Below, in pieces: positions 9,185-17,751 of a DNA stretch of 33,651 nucleotides (positions are counted from its first letter, which is position 1; every line of letters starts with the position of its first letter). The notes beneath the pieces were generated by a model. It did no database searches. It had not been told where the DNA came from and worked only from the letters and a program-made list of their open reading frames with translations. Origin of the DNA: a virus (taxonomy: Duplodnaviria > Caudoviricetes); the IMG/VR virus record IMGVR_UViG_3300023263_000007, positions 1 through 33,651 of that record; one strand, written 5' to 3'. Made by a program: the position numbers and the translations under genes.

Positions 9185-10135
9185 TTAGCCGCGACGAGCA
9201 AGCTCCATCGCGGCGGCGAGACGCTCCTTCTCGGATGTCCGGCGTGGTGTCGCGGACGTCGTGGAAGCTGCGTCGGAAGTGATCGTGGCGGCGCGCTTGG
9301 AAGCGCTGCCGTTCGTCGTCTGTGGCGACGTGGATGCCTGCGGGCTCGATGGCGCCGCGGATTGATCAGTTCCGAGCAACTCGGATGCGAGGCTGTGGAG
9401 GTCTTGCTCCACGAGATCGGCGACGTCGGCTAGCGAAAAGTCCTCGATTCCCTGCGCCATGAGCTCGCGGGCCTTGGTGGCCCCGAGATCTGCGCGGCGT
9501 TCTTCGCCGAGCTTCGCGAGGGACGGGAACTTCGAGCCGTCCTTGGTGTTTGCGATGAAATCTTGTCGCGCTTGGTTGTATCCGCGGGCCTGCGCGTTCG
9601 CCTTGCGCTCCGTGCGGATCTGTTCGATGGCGGCTTCGGCTCGCTCGGCTCGTTCAATCGCCGCAGCTAGTTTCGCCTCTACCTTTGATTCGAGGGCCGC
9701 GACGTCGGGCGTCACAGCGTGCTTGGAGAGCGTGTTGAGCAGTGTCGTCGGATCGATGCCGGCCGCTTCGAGCGTCGCGATCGGCATGCTTTGCAGCGCG
9801 CGCGGGTCAATGCCCGGCCCTTTTGCCGCCTGCCGAGCCGTTTTCCACGCCTGATATTCCGCGTAGTCGGGATCGGGCGCGCTCTGCTGTCGCTGCTGCG
9901 GCTTCGCCACCTGGCGCTCGCGCAGCTTCTCGAGCGTGACGCGGTCGATCGTGGGTGCCGGGGTCGTCGTGGGCGCAGACTCGGCAAGCTTTTCGCCTGG
10001 CGTTGGTGCGGGCTGTGATGCTGGCGTTGCTGCCGGGGCATCGCTCGCCGGCGCGTCGGTGGTTGGTGCCGGCGCAGCGTCGGCCATTCCGGCGGCCGCG
10101 ACATCCAGTGCGGCTGCAATACTGTTGTTGTTCAT
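9185..10135 (-). CDS. Capsid scaffolding protein
   Basis: Ala/Pro-rich N-terminus, coiled-coil middle, low-complexity tail ending ERLAAAMELARRG; sits between portal and capsid. Confidence 0.7.
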   Translation of the reverse strand: MNNNSIAAALDVAAAGMADAAPAPTTDAPASDAPAATPASQPAPTPGEKLAESAPTTTPAPTIDRVTLEKLRERQVAKPQQRQQSAPDPDYAEYQAWKTARQAAKGPGIDPRALQSMPIATLEAAGIDPTTLLNTLSKHAVTPDVAALESKVEAKLAAAIERAERAEAAIEQIRTERKANAQARGYNQARQDFIANTKDGSKFPSLAKLGEERRADLGATKARELMAQGIEDFSLADVADLVEQDLHSLASELLGTDQSAAPSSPQASTSPQTTNGSASKRAATITSDAASTTSATPRRTSEKERLAAAMELARRG

Positions 10136-12051
10136 GAGGCCATCCCCATTGGCGGAGGCGGCATTGCCCCCGGTGGCATTCCGGGCGGCATTCCGTCTGG
10201 TGGCATGGGCGGCATCCCGCCCGCGTCAGGGCCCGGTGGCATTCCGGGCGGGACCGGCCCTGCCGGCATTGATGCTGCGCCAGGCGGCATAGGCAGCGGC
10301 GCGGGTGGGGTGAGCAGGGTTTCTGCAAACGCGATGAAATCGCGTAGGCATTGCAGGTTTGCTTCCGGCGCTCCCTGGATCTCCGCCAAGTCGTGTTCGA
10401 GCGTGCCTTTGCGGATCGCGTACTCGAGCGGCATCAGCGGGTGCGGCGTGACCTGCTCACCTTGCAGCGCACGCCCGATCGTCTCTTCCACGAGCTCCCG
10501 GCCCGCCGATTCCTCGCTGTTGTAGCGATCGAGATCCGGGAAATCGAGCAGCTCACGCGCGGTGCTCGGGTCGCTGATGATCCCGGCCTGCATGAGATCG
10601 GAGATCTGCTGCAAGCGCCCTCGCGGTGACGTCGCGAGCGACGACATCGGGAAGACCTGCACGACGTGCGGCATGTCGCCAAGCATCGCGTCGACGTAGT
10701 GCACTTCGTGCAGCACGTCCTTTCTCCCAGTGCCGCGCCGCGGCCTGCCGTAGACGTTCAGCCCCGATTTGTCGGGAATCTCGTCGTCCTCGACGATCTC
10801 GTTCGCGAGCGCGAGTAGCTGTTTACTGCAGTCGATGTAGAACTGTTCAAGGCCCTTGGCCTGCGGATAGAAGCGCTCCGATTCCACGTCCTGATAGACG
10901 ATCAGAGCCTTGCCCGAGTTGAGCCCCGCCGGTTTCTCGGACGTCGCCGATAGCTGCGAGATGCCTGAAATGTCCCATGCGCGTTGAATGATCGTCTGCT
11001 CGCGCATCGAGAACGCGGGCGCGATCGCATCGGGTGTGAGCACCGTCGGCGGTTGGGCGCCGTTGTAGATGTAGACTTTCCAGGACTCGTTCGTGATCGA
11101 CTTGACGTCAACTTCGCTGCCCGCGGGGAGCCAAATCGACGCCGGCGGACACCGATCGTAGGCGTCTTCGATCGTCCGCGTCATGACGTTCAACTCGGCT
11201 TGCGTGCCGCTCATACGCTCGGCGAGCCCGAGTCCCCAGTAACGCAGCGGGTCACGCGACCACGAGAAGCGGACGAACGGGAAATCGTCGCGCGTCCACT
11301 CGCCATCGCCGAGCGTTGCCCCTTGAATGCAGCAGACGCGGCGGCCTGGCTTATCCGGACCGTCCGGCAACCGCCATGCTTCGACCACGAGGACCAGATC
11401 CGCCGGGCCGACCAACGCGGTCGCTGTCTGCAACGGATCGGTATACTTCGGTGCTTTGCGGATCGCTTCGGCGTGTTCCGGGTAGCACGCCGTCAAGACT
11501 CCTTTGTCGTACCCGGCGACCTGGTACATCGTGCGGACGCTGCGGTAGCGTTCCTCGCGAGGGTCCACGAACAGATCGCCGGCCCACACCAAGTCGCACG
11601 CGGGCTTGCCGTGGCGAACATAGAACTTCAGAATGCCGTCGCCGAAAATCGCCGCGTCTTGCAGGACACAGTTACCGAGCTTGTAAAGCTCGAGCGCGGT
11701 GAACTGCCCGTCGAGCCAAAGCGTTGTGAGCTTCGCGCGCCACCGCGCCTCCCAATCGCCGTTGGCCGTGACCACCCACGGCAGCGTTTGGCTCTTCGAA
11801 AGCTTCGCGCAGACCGTGTCCACCGCGGACTGCACCACGTTGTTCCGCGACCGACGATCGCGAAAGAGCCCGAGCGCGGCCCAATCGTCGCGCGGCGCGT
11901 CGACGTACAGATCGCGCCATGCGATCAGGTCGCGCGTGCGACTGGTCTCGCCGTGCTGCTGCGCCGCTACTGCTGCGGCGACGACATACTGGTGGACGTC
12001 AGGGCCCTCTAGCGTCCACCACTCTGTCGCTTGCGATCCGCTCGTCGCCAT
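10132..12051 (-). CDS. Portal protein
   Basis: ~640 aa; NVVQSAVDT, DAAIFGDG, FPFV..WS...YWGLG, ISGISQ..., NSGKAL; Pro/Met-rich tail; lies between TerL and scaffold; start could be slightly upstream. Confidence 0.85.
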   Translation of the reverse strand: MATSGSQATEWWTLEGPDVHQYVVAAAVAAQQHGETSRTRDLIAWRDLYVDAPRDDWAALGLFRDRRSRNNVVQSAVDTVCAKLSKSQTLPWVVTANGDWEARWRAKLTTLWLDGQFTALELYKLGNCVLQDAAIFGDGILKFYVRHGKPACDLVWAGDLFVDPREERYRSVRTMYQVAGYDKGVLTACYPEHAEAIRKAPKYTDPLQTATALVGPADLVLVVEAWRLPDGPDKPGRRVCCIQGATLGDGEWTRDDFPFVRFSWSRDPLRYWGLGLAERMSGTQAELNVMTRTIEDAYDRCPPASIWLPAGSEVDVKSITNESWKVYIYNGAQPPTVLTPDAIAPAFSMREQTIIQRAWDISGISQLSATSEKPAGLNSGKALIVYQDVESERFYPQAKGLEQFYIDCSKQLLALANEIVEDDEIPDKSGLNVYGRPRRGTGRKDVLHEVHYVDAMLGDMPHVVQVFPMSSLATSPRGRLQQISDLMQAGIISDPSTARELLDFPDLDRYNSEESAGRELVEETIGRALQGEQVTPHPLMPLEYAIRKGTLEHDLAEIQGAPEANLQCLRDFIAFAETLLTPPAPLPMPPGAASMPAGPVPPGMPPGPDAGGMPPMPPDGMPPGMPPGAMPPPPMGMAS

Positions 12052-12505
12052 ACGCCCCCATTCCATTGGAGAGCGCCGCAACGGCGCGAAGTAGAGCTGC
12101 ACCATCCGAGGTGATGCATGTGAATCGCGGCTCTCGCGTGTCGCGGTGAGCGAGAGCCAGACAGAGGAGAGAGCGTCCGATGCCGCGACGGCGGGCGAGC
12201 GGGTCGACGAACGTAAAATGGACGGTCAGCGGGTGCTCGGGGACCGGCAGCTCGAACGAACACCACCCGAGTTGAATGCCGTCGGCCTGCGCCACGGCAA
12301 GCAAACTTCCGCCGATCAGTTCTGCGGTCGATAGCCGCAACGCGCGGTGCAGCAAACGGTGCCGCAGACCTAGGCCGCGCTTCGGGCCGACTTGCACGAA
12401 CGAGCCGAACGACTCCACGGCGCGGGTCTCAGTGCGGAGCGACGCGACCCACTGCCGGCAAAAGCGGTCGAGCTCATGATCGGCAGCAGGCGCGACGGTG
12501 ATCAA
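11999..12505 (-). CDS. GNAT-family acetyltransferase (start TTG 12505 or ATG 12580)
   Basis: Acetyl-CoA motif A: HFTFVDPLARRRGIGRSLL. Confidence 0.75.
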   Translation of the reverse strand: MITVAPAADHELDRFCRQWVASLRTETRAVESFGSFVQVGPKRGLGLRHRLLHRALRLSTAELIGGSLLAVAQADGIQLGWCSFELPVPEHPLTVHFTFVDPLARRRGIGRSLLCLALAHRDTREPRFTCITSDGAALLRAVAALSNGMGAYGDERIASDRVVDARGP

Positions 12506-12558
12506 TACTTCGGCTTGTCGCCTTTGCCCTTGCCCTTGTCTTTGCCCTTCTTTTTCAC
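12502..12558 (-). CDS. 18-aa Lys/Gly-rich peptide MKKKGKDKGKGKGDKPKY
   Basis: GTG start 5 nt after a perfect AAGGAGGT SD (12571-12564); TGA stop overlaps the in-frame TTG of the GNAT (TTGA). Confidence 0.55.
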   Translation of the reverse strand: MKKKGKDKGKGKGDKPKY

Positions 12559-12576
12559 GACTTACCTCCTTTCCGG

Positions 12577-12834
12577 TCATGGGAGCCTCCTTCCGAGGAT
12601 CGCCATAGCTGTTCCACAGAGCTGCCTGCGCCACTGTTGGCGTCCGCGCTCTTGCTCCGCTTCAAAGCGGGCGGCCACGTCGTATGCCTTGCGCTCACGG
12701 CGATACGCCTGCATTGCCGGCGAGTTGCGTCGCCAATACACCGGGACGCCCGCGCGCACATGTGGCGACGGCTCGACCTGCCCGGCTAGCGGGCACCGGA
12801 CCGTCTCGGCGAATCGTCCGTGCGTCGTGTTCAT
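12577..12834 (-). CDS. Hypothetical protein
   Basis: ATGA overlap with the upstream gene; fills the operon gap. Confidence 0.5.
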   Translation of the reverse strand: MNTTHGRFAETVRCPLAGQVEPSPHVRAGVPVYWRRNSPAMQAYRRERKAYDVAARFEAEQERGRQQWRRQLCGTAMAILGRRLP

Positions 12835-13133
12835 CCGGACCACCATGCAGGGTTGTCGAGCTCGGCGACGGCGACAGCGAAATACCTGCGTGCGAGCCGC
12901 ATGCGCTTCGGGTCCGCACGCAAGTCGTCGTATTCGAGATCCCAGTCGTCACGATACCGGCGGGGACGTCGGTCACACTCCTCTGGGTGATGCAGCGTGT
13001 CTAGCGTGACCGCCCCGCATCCACCGCAGCGCATGCTGTGGCAGGGCGGCTCCGGAAACGCTCGCAGTCGCGCCACGACCCACGCTGACAGCAGCCATTC
13101 CCCGCGCGCGTAGCGTTTGTAGCGAATCTTCAT
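12831..13133 (-). CDS. Hypothetical protein with Cys/His motif (C..CGGC..HH..C)
   Basis: ATG 13133 overlaps the TerL stop (ATGA). Confidence 0.6.
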   Translation of the reverse strand: MKIRYKRYARGEWLLSAWVVARLRAFPEPPCHSMRCGGCGAVTLDTLHHPEECDRRPRRYRDDWDLEYDDLRADPKRMRLARRYFAVAVAELDNPAWWSG

Positions 13134-14593
13134 CGGTCCCACCTTTCGCGGCCCGTGGGCCGAAGAGACCGGAGCCGTTGCTGCCGTACTTCGTGTGCGA
13201 GGATGGTCGCTGGCGAACGGACTTCCGGCTCGACGCTCTTGCTCCCGTAGTGCCGCAGATAGCGAAGGGCATAGCCGACCGCGTCGCTCGCGTGGTCCGG
13301 CATGTCTGGATCCGGCAACCGCTTATCGTCGTCCCACCCGAGCACGCTCCACTCGTCGAGCACGGCATCATTCCCGGGCCCTTCGACGAGCACGACCCGC
13401 CCGGCGATGAGCAAGTCGCGCGTGATCCGGACCGCCGATTCTTTCTCGCGCTTCTCGGCCGGGATGATCGGCAAGCCGAATCGCCGCATCAACTCGGCGG
13501 CGTGGATCTTGCCCATGCCGCCCGTGTCCAGGACGATCGCGGCGCTCGGGTACTCCGCCCGCAACTCTCGGAGACGGCCGGCGAGTTGCCCGATCACCCA
13601 TCGCTCGTGTTTCTCCGTGGACAGGACGACCTCGCGGTTATCGAGCGGGTGACCTGCGACCACGGCGAGCGCAGTCGCATCCACGTAACCGACGTCAACG
13701 CCGATGACGTAGCGCCATTGATGCTGCGGCAACAGGCCCCCGGCAAGCGAGCGCTCGGGCAACGCGCCGATCATGTTGCTCACACTGACGGGGAACACGA
13801 GGCCTTCGGCGTCCTCTACCCACTCGCCAAGGTATTGCCGGCGAAAGGTCGGATTCTGGTCGGTCCATCCGTGACGCTGTTTGACGGACTCGAAATATGC
13901 GGCCGCTGGCTGGCCCAGGAACGGATTATCGCGAGCATCGCCCGTGTAAAGGGGCGCTGTATCGTCGCGCTCGCCATCTTTCGTCTGTTCATACCAGCGG
14001 CCTCGAAGCACACGGCCCGGATTGCCTGCGCCCGCAAAGACGCCACCGAAGTCCATCAAGCTGGGCTCGAGTGCTTCGTCGTCGAGCTCGACGAGCACGG
14101 CGTCGGGGAAGTTCCCGCGTTCGTCGACGATCGCGATCTCGAACGCCATGCCATACCAGCGCCCGACGTCCGACAGCGTTTCGCAGCCGCCGAACACGAG
14201 CGTCCCGCCAACCGGCAGCGTGATCGTCGTCAGCGTTTCATTGACGATCGCTTCCGGGAAGTGACGCAGGATGATCCGTTTGGCGAGCGGCCACGCTGCA
14301 AGGCGGCAGCTCTTGTGCGTCGGCAGAATGTACGGGCTCATTGCGGTCGCGGCACCGGCAGCAGCAATCGCCGCCCCTTTGCGCACCAAGTAGTGCGTCT
14401 TGCCGACGCGCCTCGCCATCCGCAGATATTCGCGGGGGTTCTGTGCGTCCCAAATCGCGCGGAACTTCGGCGCAAGCTCGGCCCGCATGGCCTCCGAAAT
14501 CTGCTCGACGGGCGTGCCGACCACTTCGGTGGACACGCGCTCGGCCTCGCCGGCAAGGGCGATCGCGAGGGCCGCTTCGATGAGGCTGGTCAT
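13130..14593 (-). CDS. terL: Terminase large subunit
   Basis: Walker A ARRVGKT, Walker B IAIVDE, motif AGNP, DNPFL, nuclease GVDVG..D and DHASDAVGY; start ATG 14593 overlaps the upstream stop. Confidence 0.92.
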   Translation of the reverse strand: MTSLIEAALAIALAGEAERVSTEVVGTPVEQISEAMRAELAPKFRAIWDAQNPREYLRMARRVGKTHYLVRKGAAIAAAGAATAMSPYILPTHKSCRLAAWPLAKRIILRHFPEAIVNETLTTITLPVGGTLVFGGCETLSDVGRWYGMAFEIAIVDERGNFPDAVLVELDDEALEPSLMDFGGVFAGAGNPGRVLRGRWYEQTKDGERDDTAPLYTGDARDNPFLGQPAAAYFESVKQRHGWTDQNPTFRRQYLGEWVEDAEGLVFPVSVSNMIGALPERSLAGGLLPQHQWRYVIGVDVGYVDATALAVVAGHPLDNREVVLSTEKHERWVIGQLAGRLRELRAEYPSAAIVLDTGGMGKIHAAELMRRFGLPIIPAEKREKESAVRITRDLLIAGRVVLVEGPGNDAVLDEWSVLGWDDDKRLPDPDMPDHASDAVGYALRYLRHYGSKSVEPEVRSPATILAHEVRQQRLRSLRPTGRERWDR

Positions 14594-14994
14594 GCGACGA
14601 CCCCCGTTGGCCCGCGCCTCGGCGCCTTGTCGCGTTGCTTGATGGCGGTGTTCAAGGCCTTCGCGAGCTGCTCGATCGGCGTGTCGCCCGTCGCCTTGAC
14701 CCAGCCCAACGATTGCCGAGCCAGCTCGCGCGCAAACTCGAAGCGTGGCCCCGTCCATTCGCCCGGCATTCGGCCTCGTGCCGTCTCCCAGATCTCGCGG
14801 CGTAGCTCGGCACGCGCGACGAGGCGGGCCCGGGTGATCAGATCGGCATGAGCGGTGCACCACTCGCACGCTTGGGCCTCGGACCACTCGAGCTCGTCGC
14901 ACAACACGGCCACGATCTCGTCCACGTCGCACTGGTAGCCCGCCAACTCTTTCGCGCGCGTGTACGCGCGGGCGCGAGGGTCTTGGTGGCTCAT
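14590..14994 (-). CDS. Putative terminase small subunit
   Basis: 134-aa helical protein translationally coupled directly upstream of TerL. Confidence 0.55.
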   Translation of the reverse strand: MSHQDPRARAYTRAKELAGYQCDVDEIVAVLCDELEWSEAQACEWCTAHADLITRARLVARAELRREIWETARGRMPGEWTGPRFEFARELARQSLGWVKATGDTPIEQLAKALNTAIKQRDKAPRRGPTGVVA

Positions 14995-15194
14995 GGCTTC
15001 GGCGCTCCCTCTTGCATGAGCCGGTCCCGTATCCTGTGGGCGTGTTCTATCGCCGAGCGGATGGCGTCGCGCGGGTCGGCATGCTCCTCCCCCGGTTGGT
15101 CGACCAACTCGCACCACCACAGCCTTCCGCTGGCCGCGTCCCGGCAGCAGAGCCGATAGCCTGTGGGCATGCGGATGTCATCGGGATCGCTCAT
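14991..15194 (-). CDS. Hypothetical protein
   Basis: ATGA overlaps on both sides. Confidence 0.6.
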   Translation of the reverse strand: MSDPDDIRMPTGYRLCCRDAASGRLWWCELVDQPGEEHADPRDAIRSAIEHAHRIRDRLMQEGAPKP

Positions 15195-15472
15195 CGATTG
15201 GCCTTCGCCTTCCCCCGCGGGACCGGCACCGCCTCACGCTCGGCGGCCGCCATATCGAGTTGTTCGAGCTCGGCGATCAGCTCGGCCCGCTCGGCCATCA
15301 GCTCGGCCCACCGCGCTTGGTAGGGCGTCGGGTCACGCACCATCGCAATCACGGGACCAAACGCATGCGCGGGCACTGCCCCGCAGTGCTGGCACCGGAT
15401 CCGCGGCGGCATGGGGACCAGCTCCGAAGTGACCGGCCCCTGGCACAGGGAGCACGTGCCCACGACGTTCAC
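15191..15472 (-). CDS. Zn-ribbon plus coiled-coil protein
   Basis: GTG 15472 after GAGGA; CSLC...CQHC followed by heptad AELMAERAELIAELEQL. Confidence 0.65.
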   Translation of the reverse strand: MNVVGTCSLCQGPVTSELVPMPPRIRCQHCGAVPAHAFGPVIAMVRDPTPYQARWAELMAERAELIAELEQLDMAAAEREAVPVPRGKAKANR

Positions 15473-15675
15473 GCGTCCTCGCCAATCGGGCCGAATCCCA
15501 CGAGATCGCCGTCCACGCGCCATTCGAGCCAGGTGCTGCGCCCGTCCGGCTGCGACACGTGGATCCGGTCCGCCGTCGGGAGCGGGCGCGGATAGACTCC
15601 GCTAGGCATCCGCAACATCAGGTATGCCGCGCGCTGCGGGCACGTCCGCGGACCGCTGTTCTGCTCGGGCCCCAT
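15469..15675 (-). CDS. Hypothetical protein
   Basis: Stop overlaps the next GTG; start uncertain (ATG 15675). Confidence 0.5.
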   Translation of the reverse strand: MGPEQNSGPRTCPQRAAYLMLRMPSGVYPRPLPTADRIHVSQPDGRSTWLEWRVDGDLVGFGPIGEDA

Positions 15676-15699
15676 GAGGAAGTGATGGCCCCGAACTAG

Positions 15700-15721
15700 A
15701 CCGATTGTCAAGGATATCGGT
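15700..15721 (-). promoter_or_regulatory. Operator-like palindrome ACCGAT-N10-ATCGGT enclosing a TTGACA -35 box
   Basis: accgat tgtcaaggat atcggt; TTGACA on the minus strand at 15711-15706, upstream of the terminase operon; -10 is weak. Confidence 0.45.
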
Positions 15722-15763
15722 GGCTTTATCGACGGATCAGTCTTGTCGTGCCACGGTCAAGAA

Positions 15764-15958
15764 ATGCAGTGGCAAATCCCGGTCGCGCTTCTCGTCGCCC
15801 TAGCGGCCATGGCGGTGATCTTTTTCGCCGAGCCGCTCGGGTGGTTTTTGAGCCCGTTTTCCTACGCGCTGCTCGGCGGCTGCGTCGCTGGGCCCCTTGT
15901 CTGGCTGGCCCCTCGCCTCAAGGCTCGCCCAAAGGTGCCACCCGCACGACCGGCGTAG
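15764..15958 (+). CDS. Small two-TM membrane protein, opposite strand to its neighbours
   Basis: Two hydrophobic stretches followed by a basic tail. Confidence 0.6.
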   Translation: MQWQIPVALLVALAAMAVIFFAEPLGWFLSPFSYALLGGCVAGPLVWLAPRLKARPKVPPARPA

Positions 15959-15968
15959 ACGGCTCGGC

Positions 15969-16172
15969 CTACTCGTCGAGCTCGTCCGCGAGGGCGCGCA
16001 GCAAGTCCGCTTCGTCGCGGAGCCGATCGGCGACAGACTTGCGGGGGCGCCCGGTCGCCGCGGTGGTCGTCGGGGCGCCGCACTCCGGGCAGGGCAGCGG
16101 CGTCGCGGCGCGCGTGCGGCCGCGGAACTTGCAGCGGGTGCACTGGATTCGGCGTTGCTCGGCCACGATCAC
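15969..16172 (-). CDS. Zn-ribbon protein
   Basis: CTRC...CPEC then GRPRK; GGAG upstream. Confidence 0.65.
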   Translation of the reverse strand: MIVAEQRRIQCTRCKFRGRTRAATPLPCPECGAPTTTAATGRPRKSVADRLRDEADLLRALADELDE

Positions 16173-16197
16173 TCCGCATGCGCTGCCGTGTAGTCGC

Positions 16198-16395
16198 TCA
16201 TCGCGAGTACCTCGCGATCGGGCCCTTGCGATCCTGCTCGTGCACCCACGTCTCGGCCTCGTCCTCCTTCACGAACGGCCCGAAGCCGCAACCGCGTCGG
16301 TAAGAGATTGCACGGAAAACCCCGCCGAGCGTGCGGCGGACGAACCCGGCGGCCCGGCCGTCGATGCGAATCGTTCGCTCTTCGCCCTTGATCAT
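16198..16395 (-). CDS. Hypothetical protein
   Basis: GGGAGA SD; downstream of a sigma70-like promoter. Confidence 0.6.
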   Translation of the reverse strand: MIKGEERTIRIDGRAAGFVRRTLGGVFRAISYRRGCGFGPFVKEDEAETWVHEQDRKGPIARYSR

Positions 16396-16415
16396 CGTCT
16401 CCCGCCCGCGTCTCC

Positions 16416-16443
16416 ATTGTAGCGCAATCGTGACGCTTGTCGA
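16416..16443 (-). promoter_or_regulatory. Sigma70-like promoter TCGACA-N16-TACAAT
   Basis: Near-consensus hexamers upstream of the 16395 gene. Confidence 0.55.
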
Positions 16444-16519
16444 TGGAAAATGGCCCAGGCAGACCGGGTTACTTGCGGCTGTTTGCGGAAGCGCGCCGCC
16501 ACCGACGACGCCGTCGGGA

Positions 16520-16579
16520 TAAAGGACACAATCGGATGCTGTCCTTTACGCGGATGTCGGGTGATGTCCTTTATGGACC
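16520..16579. repeat. Three TGTCCTTTA boxes (one inverted, two direct) in an intergenic region
   Basis: TAAAGGACA 16520-16528; TGTCCTTTA 16540-16548 and 16565-16573. Confidence 0.8.
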
Positions 16580-16584
16580 TGCGC

Positions 16585-16842
16585 CTATCGTCTTGCCCGG
16601 GCGAACCTCACGACCGCGACACGATCGGCGATCTCTCGCCGCAGGGGTGTACGTAGGCACATGTCCTTCAGCGCCTTCGTTGCGATTGGATCGCCGAAGA
16701 GCCTATCCCGCCTCCGGTAAGCAGAGTCCGTGCAGTCGAAACAGTCGGGGCCGGGGCATGGCTCACCAAGGTCGGTATGGCAATGCCGGTCCGGGTCGGT
16801 CCGCCAAAGTCGGAGTTCGCGCGGCGCATCTTTGAGACTCAC
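16585..16842 (-). CDS. Cys-rich hypothetical protein
   Basis: GTG 16842 overlaps the upstream stop; HCH...CPGPDCFDC. Confidence 0.55.
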   Translation of the reverse strand: MSLKDAPRELRLWRTDPDRHCHTDLGEPCPGPDCFDCTDSAYRRRDRLFGDPIATKALKDMCLRTPLRREIADRVAVVRFARARR

Positions 16843-17222
16843 ATGGCACCCCCTCCGCATCGTTGCCACCGGTAACATGCTGGTGTGGAGCGGCACCGCC
16901 ACGAACGAGCGCGCCGGGTTGCTGCGATCGCCGAGACGAGCGGGACGTCGAGCACGGCAGGGCCCAGCCAGCGAAGCCACGCGGGCACGTAAGGCCATGA
17001 ATACGCGGCCACCTGGCCGTGCACGCCCCGAGTCGACCACCCCTCCCCGAGGCGCCGGGCCATCCACGCGTCGCCCTCGTGGATCGACACGAGCTCGTGC
17101 CGACTCTCCCTCCACGCGATCGCTGAGACGCATTGCCCGAGCTCGGGTGCGCCAGCTAGGGCGGCACCAAGATAGCTTGCGGCCCGGGCGTCGAGCGCGA
17201 GACGGAGGACGAGCGCAATCAC
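16839..17222 (-). CDS. Putative lytic transglycosylase (SLT/lysozyme-like), candidate endolysin
   Basis: AIAWRES catalytic-Glu-like motif followed by STRGVHGQ; hydrophobic N-terminus. Confidence 0.45.
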   Translation of the reverse strand: MIALVLRLALDARAASYLGAALAGAPELGQCVSAIAWRESRHELVSIHEGDAWMARRLGEGWSTRGVHGQVAAYSWPYVPAWLRWLGPAVLDVPLVSAIAATRRARSWRCRSTPACYRWQRCGGGAM

Positions 17223-17291
17223 AGTTCGCTAAACGGATGATTAGCACTGCAATGCCTGGCGAGCGCGGCCGCTCGTGTTAAGGCTGGCCGT

Positions 17292-17537
17292 ATGGCCGAG
17301 TCACGAATCATCGGAAGATGCTCGATTTGCGGGGGGCCAATCACCGAGCCAACCACATGGGCGGGCAACACCGCGCCCGCTCCACTGTGCGAACACTGCG
17401 ACACGGTCGCGGGCGCTCCGTACGAGTCCGTCCTGGGCTCGCGACACTACGTTCGCGTAGGCCCGCCGAAGCGCTCTGACCTGATCGGCCGGCCGTGCTG
17501 GACGGACCCCGCCGAGCACGAGTGGGACGACCCCTGA
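17292..17537 (+). CDS. Zn-ribbon protein
   Basis: GRCSICGGPI...CEHC, similar to the 15191-15472 product (GTCSLCQGPV...CQHC). Confidence 0.6.
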   Translation: MAESRIIGRCSICGGPITEPTTWAGNTAPAPLCEHCDTVAGAPYESVLGSRHYVRVGPPKRSDLIGRPCWTDPAEHEWDDP

Positions 17538-17540
17538 CAA

Positions 17541-17651
17541 GTCGCGACGGTTGCGACAGAAGTGACGGGCCGGGTTCTGTCACTTCTGTCCACGCGGGAC
17601 CGGAGCGCCGCAAGGGCCGGCAGGGCCCCTTAGCTGCCCGTCGCGACGGTT
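17541..17651. repeat. Perfect 12-bp inverted repeat flanked by a 12-bp direct repeat
   Basis: GACAGAAGTGAC 17555-17566 / GTCACTTCTGTC 17579-17590; GTCGCGACGGTT at 17541-17552 and 17640-17651. Confidence 0.8.
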
Positions 17652-17751
17652 CGCACCTTTCACGGCGCGAGTTGGCGCGGGACTTCGGCGGGGAACCATG
17701 GGCGCGCGAAGCTGCGCCCAAGCGGGGTTCGAGGGGTCGAGCCTCTTTTCC

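Noticed and set aside
13178-14851. 557-aa plus-strand ORF and similar long antisense ORFs (1240-2340, 10984-12012, 7913-8767, 6137-6886)
   Set aside because: Shadows of well-supported minus-strand genes in high-GC DNA, with no recognisable motifs
14594-14932. Extended TerL N-terminus
   Set aside because: Overlaps the TerS candidate; ATG 14593 gives canonical coupling
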